A stretch of DNA of 64,000 nucleotides from Octopus bimaculoides (Eukaryota). The notes beneath the pieces were generated by a model that was not told the origin of the DNA, made no database searches, and saw only the letters and a program-made list of their open reading frames with translations. Shown here in pieces: positions 12,043 to 23,647 of the stretch. Location of the stretch: positions 17,193,085-17,257,084 of the forward strand of contig NC_068994.1 of assembly GCF_001194135.2 (NCBI RefSeq), read 5' to 3'. A program made the position numbers and the translations under genes. Each line of letters begins with the position of its first letter. The stretch's first letter is position 1.

Positions 12043-12250
12043 GACCAATCGCAGCCCCTAATAAGGTCACGTGATTGGTCAGTTTGCGTTCTGGCGGGAA
12101 CGGTTTGAAGAAGTTGCCGATTCGAATAATGATCAGTCACGTGATGACAAGGAATGGGTTCTCTACTACGCTCGCATTTATTTATATTTAAATGAGAAGA
12201 TTGTATGTAATGGCGATAGTAGTTTGTATCTAATGGCGGGAGGTAGTTTC
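12043..12250. promoter_or_regulatory. Promoter-like CpG patch: two GTCACGTGAT E-boxes, CCAAT boxes on both strands, YY1-like aatggcgg
   Basis: CCAAT 12045-12049; GTCACGTGAT at 12066 and 12136; ATTGG 12074-12078; aatggcgg 12232-12239. Confidence 0.55.
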
Positions 12251-12614
12251 ACTACATATATACATATATATAAGGCAGAAAAGAAACGTTGTGATTCTCT
12301 GACTTTCTCCTTAGTCTGTTAGCTGTTTGATCCTTTTGGTAAAGCAGTGTTGAAAGCTTCATCACCATCATCATTATTGGTATTAGCATCTTATTTTTCT
12401 TTCCCCTTTTTTTTAGTCTTAATTCTTCTCCTTGTCTTTCTTCTTCATTAGCTGTTATTTTCTGTTTTGTTTTCATTTTCTTTTGTTCTTCAGATTTCTT
12501 CTACTCTTCTTCATTTCTTCTTTTATCTGTTTTCTGTCTTTCTCTTCATCTCTTCTTCATCATTTATTCATTTTTTTTCAATTTCCTTCTTCCTTTTCCT
12601 ATTCATATACACTA

Positions 12615-12786
12615 TAAGCACCCACTACACTCTCAGAGTGGTTGGCATTAGGAAGGGTATCCAGCTGTAGAAACTCTGCCAGATCAGATTGGAGCCTGGT
12701 GCAGCCTTCTGGCTTGCCAGTCCTCAGTCAAATCGTCCAACCCATGCTAGCATGAAAAGTGGACGTTAAACGATGATGATGATGAT
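12615..12786 (+). mobile_element. RTE 3' tail fragment with (GAT)n
   Basis: Matches 6520-6690. Confidence 0.9.
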
Positions 12787-12805
12787 GAATGTGAGGTTAC
12801 CATAA

Positions 12806-13032
12806 CAGTGGTTCTCAACTGGGGTCCATATAAGATTTTTTATTAAAATTTATGTGCAATAAATTGGTTATACTTCTACAATGCATAAAATATTTTTTAA
12901 AAGACAATTCCTAATAATATTTAAGGATAAAAACACAATAGGATTTTTTAAACACTGAGTGGCTATGAGGGTCCAGTGGAGTAAGATAAGAATCAAATGG
13001 GTCCATAGATAGAAAATGGTTGAGAACCACTG
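12806..13032. mobile_element. hAT (Charlie-like) MITE
   Basis: Perfect TIR cagtggttctcaac / gttgagaaccactg; no clear TSD. Confidence 0.8.
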
Positions 13033-13189
13033 TTCTACAGCAAGACACCTGTGTTTGTCCACCTGTTACTTCAATCTCTTAGCAACTGACATAAAAACTA
13101 CCTACCCCTCCCTAAAACTCCCCACCTTCTCAATCATGAGGGTTTTTCCCTTTTTCCTGTCTTTTTTCTTGCAACTTACTTGACAACCT

Positions 13190-13501
13190 CACTAGTTGTT
13201 GTTGTTGGCACTCCGTCGCTTATGGAACAGCCTGCTCGTGAAATTAACGTGCAAGTGGCTGAGCACTCCACAGACACGTGTACCCTTAACGTAGTTCTCG
13301 GGGATATTCAGCGTGACACAATGTGACAAGGCTGACCCTTTGAATTACAGGCACAACAGAAACAGGAAGTAAGAGTGAGAGAAAGCTGTGGTGAAAGAGT
13401 ACAGCAGGGTTCGCCACCATCCCCTGCCGGAGCCTCGTGGAGCTTTAGGTGTTTTTTCGCTCAATAAACACTCACAATGCCCGGTCTGGGAATCGAAACC
13501 G
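13190..13501 (-). mobile_element. tRNA-derived SINE family D, head lost in gap
   Basis: Near-identical to 29124-29521; (AAC)n tail. Confidence 0.9.
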
Positions 13502-14074
13502 NNNNNNNNNNNNNNNNNNNNNNNNNNNNNNNNNNNNNNNNNNNNNNNNNNNNNNNNNNNNNNNNNNNNNNNNNNNNNNNNNNNNNNNNNNNNNNNNNNN
13601 NNNNNNNNNNNNNNNNNNNNNNNNNNNNNNNNNNNNNNNNNNNNNNNNNNNNNNNNNNNNNNNNNNNNNNNNNNNNNNNNNNNNNNNNNNNNNNNNNNNN
13701 NNNNNNNNNNNNNNNNNNNNNNNNNNNNNNNNNNNNNNNNNNNNNNNNNNNNNNNNNNNNNNNNNNNNNNNNNNNNNNNNNNNNNNNNNNNNNNNNNNNN
13801 NNNNNNNNNNNNNNNNNNNNNNNNNNNNNNNNNNNNNNNNNNNNNNNNNNNNNNNNNNNNNNNNNNNNNNNNNNNNNNNNNNNNNNNNNNNNNNNNNNNN
13901 NNNNNNNNNNNNNNNNNNNNNNNNNNNNNNNNNNNNNNNNNNTGTCTAAACCCATATTTTAACATTGGAAGATAAGTTGTATCTTATTTGCACAGTCCTC
14001 AATTTGTCTCTAATAGCTGACCCTGTTCAAACAAAACACCTTCTCTTGTTTCTCTCTGTTCAAACAAACTCTTC

Positions 14075-14124
<50 letters not shown>

Positions 14125-14408
14125 CCTCTCTCTCTCTCTGTTATCATTTAAACAAACCCAACAAGATCCAACATTACTTACTATTTGGTTGTGTCTTTAT
14201 CATTTGTATCTTCTATCATTGCTAGTACTGCCTGCGACTCTCTCAACTCCCCTCTTTTATGTTAATAAATATTTTAATCAACATAATTAGTTATTCCCAA
14301 ATTTACTTATCACCAAATATCCAACAAATTTGCCTTTCTTGCTTCTGTGAAACTTATTTTTTTCTGTTCTCAAACAAATTCCCATGAAGCTAGTGCATGT
14401 ATCTAGTC

Positions 14409-14740
14409 TAGTCATTCTCAACCATTTTTCAGACCCCTTTGATTGCTATTTCATTCTGGTGGACCCCTATAGCTATTCAATGTTTAAAAACCAGTTTTAT
14501 ATACACTTCTTTCAAAATTCCTATTTTGTTTATCACATATTCACTTGCCTAGGCTAAACTAAGTTAAACATCAGAGAAAGAAACTTAGCTGTCTCTTGCA
14601 ATACATACATCTAAAGCAAAGTTTTTTCATGGACCCATAAAATAAAACTGAGGACCCAATTTAGTATTTTGCTTGTATGGATCCCCAAAAATCTTATATA
14701 GACTACAAGGGGTCATATGGACCCTGGTTGAGAACCACTG
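14409..14740. mobile_element. hAT (Charlie-like) MITE with 8-bp TSD
   Basis: TIR tagtcattctcaac / gttgagaaccactg; exact TSD atctagtc at 14401-14408 and 14741-14748. Confidence 0.88.
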
Positions 14741-15329
14741 ATCTAGTCTTTGGTTTCCATAGCGACAGATACATGAGAAATAAATCTCCCTCTAGATAAA
14801 ACAGGTTTGTTGTAAGTTACTTTCCCCACAGTAGAAAATGAGCTTGTTATTACATGGCAGTTAATCACTTGACAATACTCTATGGGGAGTTATATCAACT
14901 ACGATACCTACATAGAGTGAGGTGGACTTGACTTTTTTAGAGTATAGCTGGCATTCTGTCAGTTACGATGACTAGGATTCCAGTTGATCTGATCAATGGA
15001 ACAGACTGCTCACATACCAATTTCCTTATTTCCCATGGGGGGGCTAAACATAGAATGGTACAAAACAACTGATTGGGATCAGTAATGCGAATGGTTTACA
15101 TAAAATATGACTTTAAAAATTATATAAAATATAAAAAATCGAATGATATTAACAGTACGTTAGACAACACAAATGAAGCGATGATCAGGCCATGCTCCGA
15201 CCCCACAAGCCCCGATCTATCGCTGGCACCTTTTTTTTTTTTTTCCTTTTTTTTTCTGACTATTCACACGGTTCCTTGCACGCACAACACTGGTGCAACA
15301 TGCTTCCATCTCTACCTTTAATGTAGTTC

Positions 15330-15530
15330 TCAGGAGGTTTTCAGTATAACACAGAATGCAACAAGGCTGGTCCTTTGAATTACAGGTACAATTCATTTTT
15401 GCCAACTGAGTGGACTGGAGCAATGTGAAATAAAGTGTCTTGCTCAAGGACACAACACACCACTGGGTATTGAACTCATGACCTTATGATCGTGAGCCAA
15501 ATACCCAAACCACTAAACCACATGCCTTCA
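15330..15530 (-). mobile_element. SINE head and body (family B/D-type tRNA head)
   Basis: gagcaatgtgaaataaagtgtcttgctcaagga...aaccactaaaccacatgccttcac. Confidence 0.75.
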
Positions 15531-15629
15531 CTTTGAGAATATAGCATCTTAGCCACACACATACCTCTACACATGAATAGTGAGTGCCATGCCAGGACTC
15601 AAACCCAGTTCCTTAATGAATAGGACATC

Positions 15630-15822
15630 TTTTACATTTTTATCTTTTACTTGTTTCAGTCATTGGACTGTGGCCATGCTGGTGTACTGCCTTGAAGAAT
15701 TTTAGTCGAACAAATTGATCTCAGTACTTATTCTTGTAATTATTCTATTGGTCACTTTTGCCAAACCAGTAAGTTACAGGGACGTAAACAAGTCAACACC
15801 AGTTGTCAAGTAGTAAAAGAGA

Positions 15823-15830
<8 letters not shown>
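15630..15830 (-). mobile_element. SINE family A, 3' half
   Basis: ttttacttgtttcagtcattggactgtggccatgctgg tail shared with many copies. Confidence 0.8.
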
Positions 15831-15862
<32 letters not shown>

Positions 15863-15909
15863 CTCACATCATATATCTGTCTGTCTATTTATCTGTTTGT
15901 CTATCTGTC

Positions 15910-15944
<35 letters not shown>

Positions 15945-16022
15945 ATGAATGTGTAGACATATATTTGTGTGTGTTTATAAATATATATATATATATACAC
16001 ACACGCACACACACTTACACAT

Positions 16023-16065
<43 letters not shown>

Positions 16066-16068
<3 letters not shown>

Positions 16069-16268
16069 CAGTTGCCTAGGCATACCAGCCTCCCCTCTCC
16101 CATGCTACCGATGTTATCCAAGGGAAAGACAAAGGCTGAGTGAACTGGAGCAACATGAAATAAAGTGTCTTGCTCAAAACCACAACACACAGCCTGGTCC
16201 AAGAATCAAACTCACTACCCCATGATTGTGAACCCAACACTCTAACCACTGAGCTATGCACCTTCACC
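16066..16268 (-). mobile_element. SINE family B, internally deleted
   Basis: Minus-strand head gtgaaggtgcatagctcagtggttagagtg (A-box like); body matches 16269-16585. Confidence 0.88.
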
Positions 16269-16585
16269 TAGAGTGTCAGGCTCACAATCATGAGGTAATG
16301 AATTTGATACCTGGACCAGGCTGTGTTGTGCTCTTGAGCAAGACACTTTATTTCATGTTGCTCCAGTTCACTCAGCTGTTGAAATAAGTTGTGACATCAC
16401 TGGTGCCAAGCTGTATCAGCCTCCGTATTTCCTTTGGTGACATGGAGAGGGGAGGCTGGTATGTATAGGAAACTGCTGGGCTTCCATAAAACAACCTTGT
16501 CTGGACTTGTGCCTTGGAGGGGAACTTTCTAGGTGCAATCCCATGGTCATCCATGGCTGAAGGAGGGGGGGGGTCTTTACCCATT
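16269..16585 (+). mobile_element. SINE family B, head-to-head with the previous copy
   Basis: Body and tail gggggtctttaccc also seen at 32598-32900. Confidence 0.88.
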
Positions 16586-17026
16586 TTATATATATGATTG
16601 GCTTACATGCAGTTTCCATCAACCAAATTCACTTGCAAGCCATTGATCAACCCAGAGCTTTAGTGAAATATATTTGCCCATGGCATCATGCAATGGGGCT
16701 GAAGCTGAAACCATAGTTAGAAAGTGAGCTTTTAAACCACACAGCCCTTGCTGTCTGAAAATAAATATTTACCACAGAATGCTATGATCTCTCATATAAT
16801 TTCTTTAGAATATTTCTGATGTAGGGCAAGTCCATAAACTGAGAAGATGAGTGTGGTTGATTGAATAAACCCAGTACTTGATTGGTACTTTATTTTATTA
16901 TCAACTTTAGTGGAATTTGAAGTCAGAAGTGTAATGGGCTTAACTAAATACGACGAGGCATTTCTGTTTAATGTTGTAATAATTTTATCAATTCATTGTC
17001 CTTCTATTAATTTCAATAATTCACTG

Positions 17027-17374
17027 TGAAGGCATGTGGCCTTGTGGTCAGAGTGTTGTACTTACAGTTGCCAGACCATGGGTTTGATTCCCAGACTGGA
17101 AAGCTTTTGTGCTGTGTGGGGACCAGCATGTCAAAGAATAGCCTCAACACTTCTTCTGTGTGTTGCAAAAGGTGACTAAAAGAAGTTAAGGTAGGGTTTG
17201 CACTCCAACCTCATAAAACCCCTACCAGCAATGGCTACCCAAACAGACCTGTGGGCTGGAAGTTTGTCACCTGAGTGGTGCAAAGGTGTTATTTGCCAGG
17301 AGTAGGGAGTCACCAATAAATGGTAGATGCAGTGATGCATGGTTATAGAGCATGCCCCCATACTACTGCTGCTG

Positions 17375-17427
<53 letters not shown>

Positions 17428-17428
17428 G
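17027..17428 (+). mobile_element. tRNA-headed SINE with distinct body and (CTA)n tail
   Basis: gtgaaggcatgtggccttgtggtcagagtg...ggtttgattccc head; unique body; (cta)n run at about 17375-17428. Confidence 0.6.
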
Positions 17429-18360
17429 TCCTTGATAAGATTTTAAATATTAACCTAAGAAGGCCAATATGACTTCTAAGGTCCATAGTTACACAAATTT
17501 AGCTGGTCGTTATACTCAATTATATCAACCCCAGTATTTCTGGTATTTTAACTTCAAATGGATTAAAGACTGATAGTACAGATGCAGGCACGGTTGTATC
17601 GTTAAGAAGTTTACTTCTCAACTACATGGTCTGGAGTTCAATTGTACTGCTTGTCACCTTGGGATAAAGCGTTTTCTTCTATAGACCTGATCCGAACAAA
17701 GCCTTGTGAGTGGATTTGGCAGATGGAAACTAAAAGAAGGCCATTGCCTATATAATTATAGTGGAAAAAGACTAGAGTAGAAACCAACCAGAGATTTCAT
17801 TACTTCTGTGTGTTCAGGACAACAGATTTGTTTGAAGAAACTTTCCATGAAAGTGTGCCAGTACACACACACGCACGCACGCACGTACCCTTGTCTGTGT
17901 TTATGTTTAAGGTTTTAAAAAGTGGTATTGTCTATCTTTAAATCCTGTAACTTAGCAGTTTGATGAATAGATATGGGTAAAATAATTACTAGATTCAAAA
18001 TAAGTACTGGACTTGATCTGATAGATTAAACCCTCAAAGGTAATGCTCCAGCATGGCCATAATCCATTGACTGAAATCAGTTAAAGAACAAAAGAATATA
18101 ACAGCCAGGGTAGACCTCTTGACAATATGTGGACAGATGAAATTTTTACAGTGGAGATTTTGCAGAAGACTCTCAAGTGTTCAGTGTGATTTTAAGAAAG
18201 TGATAGACCCAAAATAGTTGAAAATCGTTTCTTCAATGATTGAAATCTGACTAGCTTTAACATTAACTCTATTTGATTTGCTCTAACTATATGACTAGCT
18301 CTAACATTAACTCCATCTGATTATCCCTAACTTTAACTCTACCTGACTAGCTCTAATATA

Positions 18361-19186
18361 TTTATTTGTCTGTCTGTCAGTCACTCGTTCATTCATTTCA
18401 GGCAGCAGGTTGCCCAGACTAAAATCACTCTTTCCTTCCAAGTATTTTTGTCTTTCATGACATTTCTGAAGGCTTCTGTTTGTAACTTGGTATCATGAGA
18501 GAGTTGATTAATGTATGTCATTCTGGATCATTCAACATGAGAATTCTCATGGCTCCAATTCGCAGAATTCATTTTTGCTTTGATAGTAATGACCAGCATA
18601 TCTTGTCCTTCACTTTTAAATGATTGATATGTTGGGGATATTTCCATAAAGCACTTCTTTCATTGGATATTGTTTCCATGATTTGTTGTGAACAGCAACT
18701 AACACATGTGCATAGGCCCCATCAAGCTTATTTTCTATCTTTTTTATCAGAGTCCATGCTGATGAGCCAAAGAGAAGAACTGGTTCTACTATGGTTTTGA
18801 AAAATTCCCTTTTTATCCAGTCAGGCAGTGTAGACTTCCAAATTTTCATTTGTTTCATATCTTCTATGCTTTTGCTGTGCAAATTGATATATCTTTTTTG
18901 GTGGATGAAATATCAATTCTGAGAAAAGTGACAGACTTGACTTTCTTCAGAGATGTACCACTCATTGAGTGGATCTGACCATTCTGGTTAAAGCATATGA
19001 ATATTCAATCTTCCCAGCATTCACATAGATTGATCCTGAAAGCTGCCTCTTCTAGTGCATGCAACAGTTTTTCAGTATCTGTTACCTTGTCAGTAAATAG
19101 TGCAGGGTTGTTCGCATAGTTACCAACAGTGATCTTCCTGGCTGGCTACCTCCTGCTTCTAGCTTTTTGTAGAGAAAAGCCAATAT
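18361..19186 (-). mobile_element. Old RTE LINE: RT motif 5 to C-terminus and tail
   Basis: GFSLQKARSRR*PARKITVGNYANNPAL (mutated YADD), EKLLHALEEAA, VEPVLLFGSSAWTL...LDGAYAHVL...LYGNIPNIS. Confidence 0.88.
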
Positions 19187-19805
19187 TACAGGAGAGATAA
19201 ATAGACGTATGCAAAACAAGAAAGGTGCTGGTCTGGAGGAGATCACCACTGAAGTTTGGAAGACAAGAAACTGTATTGATAATCTTCTGCAATTCTGCAT
19301 TCATATGTACAACCAATGTGCAATCCAGGTCTGGACAGAAGGATGCATTGTCCTGTTATTGAAGTAAGGGGACCTATCACTGACTACCAGCTATAGTGTT
19401 ATCACATTTACAGCTATTGCTGCTAATATCTACAATGTAATGTGTAATTGAATCCAACCTGAAATCAAGAAAGTTTTTCATTTGAACCAGAGCAGATTCA
19501 GAAAGAACAGATTGACTCTTGGGCAGATATTGATTGTAAGAAGAATCATCAAAGGAGTGAGGGTAAGGAACTTAGAGGCAGTTATGTGCTTTGTGGGCTT
19601 CTTGAAGGTCTTTGATTCAGTGCATCAAGAAAAGATGGCTGAAATAGTGAGGACCTATGGGATATGGCAAGAAACAATGGATGCAATCTTGATGTGTAAG
19701 AAAACAAAATCAGTGGTGCAATCCTGTAGTAGTGATAGAAACTCTTATGATATTTAAGTGGGAGTACTACAGGGCAATACACTTTTACACTTCTTGTTCA
19801 TCTGT
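19187..19805 (+). mobile_element. Same RTE: RT N-terminal half in inverted orientation
   Basis: MQNKKGAGLEEITTEVWK...NQSRFRKNRLTLGQILIVRRII...FDSVHQEKM...VGVLQGNTLLHFLF. Confidence 0.88.
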
Positions 19806-20324
19806 ATCTGACTAGCAGTAACCTTAACTCTATCTCTTAACAGCAGCCTAACAGTGTGTGTTTTGGGGGAAAAGATTTTCATCAATGAGAGGAAAGGGAA
19901 AGAATTTTGAAACGTGATTTCTCTTTTTGACATTCGTATTTTATTTATTTTTATATTGCTGTCTATATTTTGACTAACTAATCCTATGTGTTTCATATGA
20001 CACATAAACATGTTTTAAACTGTTAAAATATAACAGCCATTATGGTTCTTACCAGCAGCTGTAGATTCGACATTCATTTAACCCTACAATGTCAATGTTG
20101 ATTCTGGTGTCCTCCATTTTAGGTGCTGCCACCAATTTTGAATTTAAAGAATTCAAGAAAAAGTTGTTGTTTTTTTTTCCAGTCATTTTATTAGATTTTG
20201 TTTGGGCTTTTAATTGCATAATTACGTTTGCTTTAAGGTTGTACTATATTGTCTTTGTGACTTCATCAGCTCACATTGAGTTTAGAGGCAAATAAGTGTA
20301 AGAATATTATATTATATTATATTA

Positions 20325-20620
20325 TCGGTCTTTTTTGCTGAACCGCTAAGTTACGGGGACGTAAACACACCACCATCGGTTGTCAAGCGATGTTGGGGGG
20401 GACAAACACAGACACATAAACATATACACACACATACATATATATATATACATATATACGACAGGCTTCTTTCAGTTTCTGTCTACCAAATCCACTCACA
20501 AGGCTTTGGTCAGCCCGAGGCTATAGTTAAAGACACTTGCCCAAGGTGCCACGCAGTGGGAATGAACCCAGAACCATGTGGTTGGTAAGCAAGCTACTTA
20601 CCACACAGCCACTCCTACGC
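20325..20620 (-). mobile_element. SINE family A (CORE-like), intact tRNA head
   Basis: Minus head ggcgtaggagtggctgtgtggtaag (A-box), ggttcattccc (B-box), ccttgggcaagtg resembling the CORE domain. Confidence 0.92.
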
Positions 20621-21154
20621 CTATATGGTGGATACAGACTGACTCAAGAGCTGCGAAATTTTATTTGAGATGAGACTTTTAAAATGGAATAAGCTTAAAG
20701 CAATATTGGTTCATTCATTGTCATACAAAATGATAACTGCAGCAAAATTTGCCATTAAACCATTTGTCAATTTGTCGTCTTGTTAATCTGGTACTCCACC
20801 ATCAAACCCTTTCGTTGTTTTCTTCATACTTGCTCTAATAATATGACTGAATAAGTTCAAGTCACAATTTGTATTTATAAATCTTCAGCCTAAGGCCAGT
20901 ATTTTGCCTACCAAACCAATGTCACCTTTTTTACCATACTAAAAATCAATACATGTGGTTTACCCCTGCTGGTCAGCTATCATAAGTGAGACAATTCCTT
21001 TTTTATTTATTTATTTTTGGTGGGTTTTGTTTAAATCAAAGAGTAAAGGTGTACAAAATGTACATTTTAAATATTTCTTTTACTTACACAGTGGTGAGTT
21101 GTGAAGGCACATGGTTCAGTGGTTAGAATTTCAGGCTCACAATCATGTGCTCAT

Positions 21155-21632
21155 GGATAGGTTGCACCAGTGGGTAAGTCACACCAGTGGATAGGTCACA
21201 CCCTTAGTTTGAAATTGTCAAAGTAGGTATTTGCAGTTAACTCGCGGATAGGTTGCACTATAATCTGGGGAGTTACATGGCCCCTTTTTTAATGTAAATA
21301 TAACTAATATTTGAATCGATGTTGTCAAAAAGACCAATATGCAAACTTCTGGTTTCCAGTTTCTAGTAAAAAGATGTCATAAAAATGTTTTCATAACAAC
21401 TTGAAAATTGAAAAGCCCAGGTCTAGGGTACACTTGAGTCTAAGGTACAATCAAGTCCAGGGTATGCTCGAGCCCAGGGTACATTCAAGCCCAGGGTGTG
21501 CTCAAGCCCAGGTTACACACCTAGAGTACTGATACACTTCAATACCTGTGATGTCCAGTGGATAGATCGTGCTCCTGATTTTTATCGAAATTTTTGGCAA
21601 AAAAAATGTGACCTATCTGCGAGTAAATACAG
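21155..21632. mobile_element. pogo/Tigger-like non-autonomous element with internal 17-bp minisatellite
   Basis: Repeated gataggt(t/c)(g/a)cac motifs; right end gacctatctgcgagtaaatacag; about 5 copies of ctcaagcccagggtaca at about 21440-21520. Confidence 0.55.
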
Positions 21633-22319
21633 CTTAAAAGCTGCTGGATTTCACAATTAATTTCGATTACTCCCAAAATTTATTTCCAAGTTATGAAAAA
21701 TGTTATCGTACAGAAAAATCACGTAAAAAAATCGCAGAAAACAATCGTATGAACGAAAACCTGGGAATCCAAAATTTCAGAATTACAGGTCCGGATTTTG
21801 CGCAGAATGACTTTAATTTACTCATGGAGTCAGCATGATTCCAAAATGGTATGATATGTTGGATTACAGCCTCTAGGAGTAAAGTTGAAAAAGTGTGACA
21901 CACTGACATTCACATTTATTATATTAGATGTTATCAGATACTGTAATACTGGTAATAATGCTGTAATTTCAAGGGATATTGTTGAAACTCTAACTATTCA
22001 ATAGCAGAAGTGGTTGGGATAAATAGATCAAAAATTGATAAATTCTTTGCTGAAAACAAAGATTGTGATAAGTAGGTTCCATGCAATTAAAAATCAGTGC
22101 AGAAACTCAGTATAATGCAAATGCTAACTCATTACAAATTATATTTACTCAAGCATCAATTCTAGTGTTAGATAAAGACCCATATAGGCCCTCAGCACTT
22201 AAAAGATTTTGGTACCCCCCTTATAAATATGTAATTCAAAATATAAACAATAATAAACCATAAAATAAATTTTTACTTTTCAAAATGTAACACAACTAAC
22301 AATAAGATGGAAAACAATG

Positions 22320-22511
22320 TTTATTACCCTGCGTGCATAAGCGAAAGCAGGGTATTGTAATCACTTGCCTTTGTCTGTTTGTCTGTGTGTTTGCAAAATT
22401 ACTGGAATGGATTTTCACCAAACGTGGCAGAAATACTCATTGGATGAATGGCTCGAAATGATGAAATTCTGGCTGGATTATCTTCAAACATACATAAATA
22501 CATAGATATAC

Positions 22512-22557
<46 letters not shown>

Positions 22558-22770
22558 AGTAAAGGATTTGAGGGTTTCATTTATTTATGAGTTGGTTTCT
22601 TAATTTCACCGGAATATAAATATCTATAATGGTGATACTTAGAAATAAAAATCAATTCAATTCAATGAAAAAGCATGGGTAAGCAATGCATTGTAAGCCA
22701 CAATATAATTTATGAAAAAATTTATCTGCATGCAGGGTATGCATCACCCCTCTGATCCCCCTTTGTTTTT
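22320..22770 (+). mobile_element. DINE-1/HINE-like (Helentron-associated) element
   Basis: 5' ttattaccctgc...gcagggtatt hairpin, gtctgtttgtctgt microsatellite, 3' subterminal gcagggta, T-rich end. Confidence 0.6.
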
Positions 22771-22948
22771 GTTTTTGTATACTTCTACTTTATTTGTATT
22801 TGAAAAGTTTTCTCCTTTTTTTTCTATTTGCGAAGTCTTTGATCAGATCCTCACTATGACACCATGAACACTTTGAAGTCATTTTTCCAATCATTATATA
22901 TTATTTTGAATATTATTTTAGCAAGTTTAAAGTGACTTCTTCTGTGTT

Positions 22949-23647
22949 CATCATCATCATCATCATCGTCGTTTAACGTCCGCTTTCCATGCTAGCATGG
23001 GTTGGACGATTTGACTGAGGACTGGTGAAACCAGATGGCTACACCAGGCTCCAATCTGATTTGGCAGAGTTTCTACAGCTGGATGCCCTTCCTAACGCCA
23101 ACCACTCAGAGAGTGTAGTGGGTGCTTTTTACGTGCCACCGGCACGAAGGCCAGTCAGGCGGTACTGGCAACGGCCATGCTCAAAATGGTGTATTTTATG
23201 TGCCACCCGCACAAGAGCCAGTCCAGGGGCACTGGCAACGATCTCGCTCAAAAGTCCTTACACATGNNNNNNNNNNNNNNNNNNNNNNNNNNNNNNNNNN
23301 NNNNNNNNNNNNNNNNNNNNNNNNNNNNNNNNNNNNNNNNNNNNNNNNNNNNNNNNNNNNNNNNNCCAATGAGGGAGACGACGTTGGCATGGGTGCCAGA
23401 CGTCAAATTTAACTCAATTTCGATTTCACTTGCCTCAACAGGTCTTCGCAAGTGGAGTTTAGTGTCCAATGAAGGAAGGAAGGTACGCATAAGTGGACTG
23501 GCTGAGGCCTTAGATTTAGGTCTCACTTGGCTTGCCGGGTCTTCTCACGCACAGCATATTTCCAATTGGCAGTGTTTCTACAGCTGGATGCCCTTCCTAA
23601 CGCCGACCACTCAGAGAGTGTAGTGGGTGCTTTTACATGCCACTGGC
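22949..23647 (-). mobile_element. RTE 3' fragment with an extra tail segment at its 5' end; 7-bp TSD
   Basis: WKYAVREKTRQAK* then 3'UTR and (GAT)n tail; ctgtgtt at 22942-22948 and 23648-23654. Confidence 0.85.

Noticed and set aside
20045-20160. Minus-strand exon ending ctg|gtaaga (MEDTRINIDIVGLNECRI)
   Set aside because: The peptide resembles a LINE endonuclease N-terminus (IDILGLSE-like) next to an RTE; cannot be supported as a host exon.
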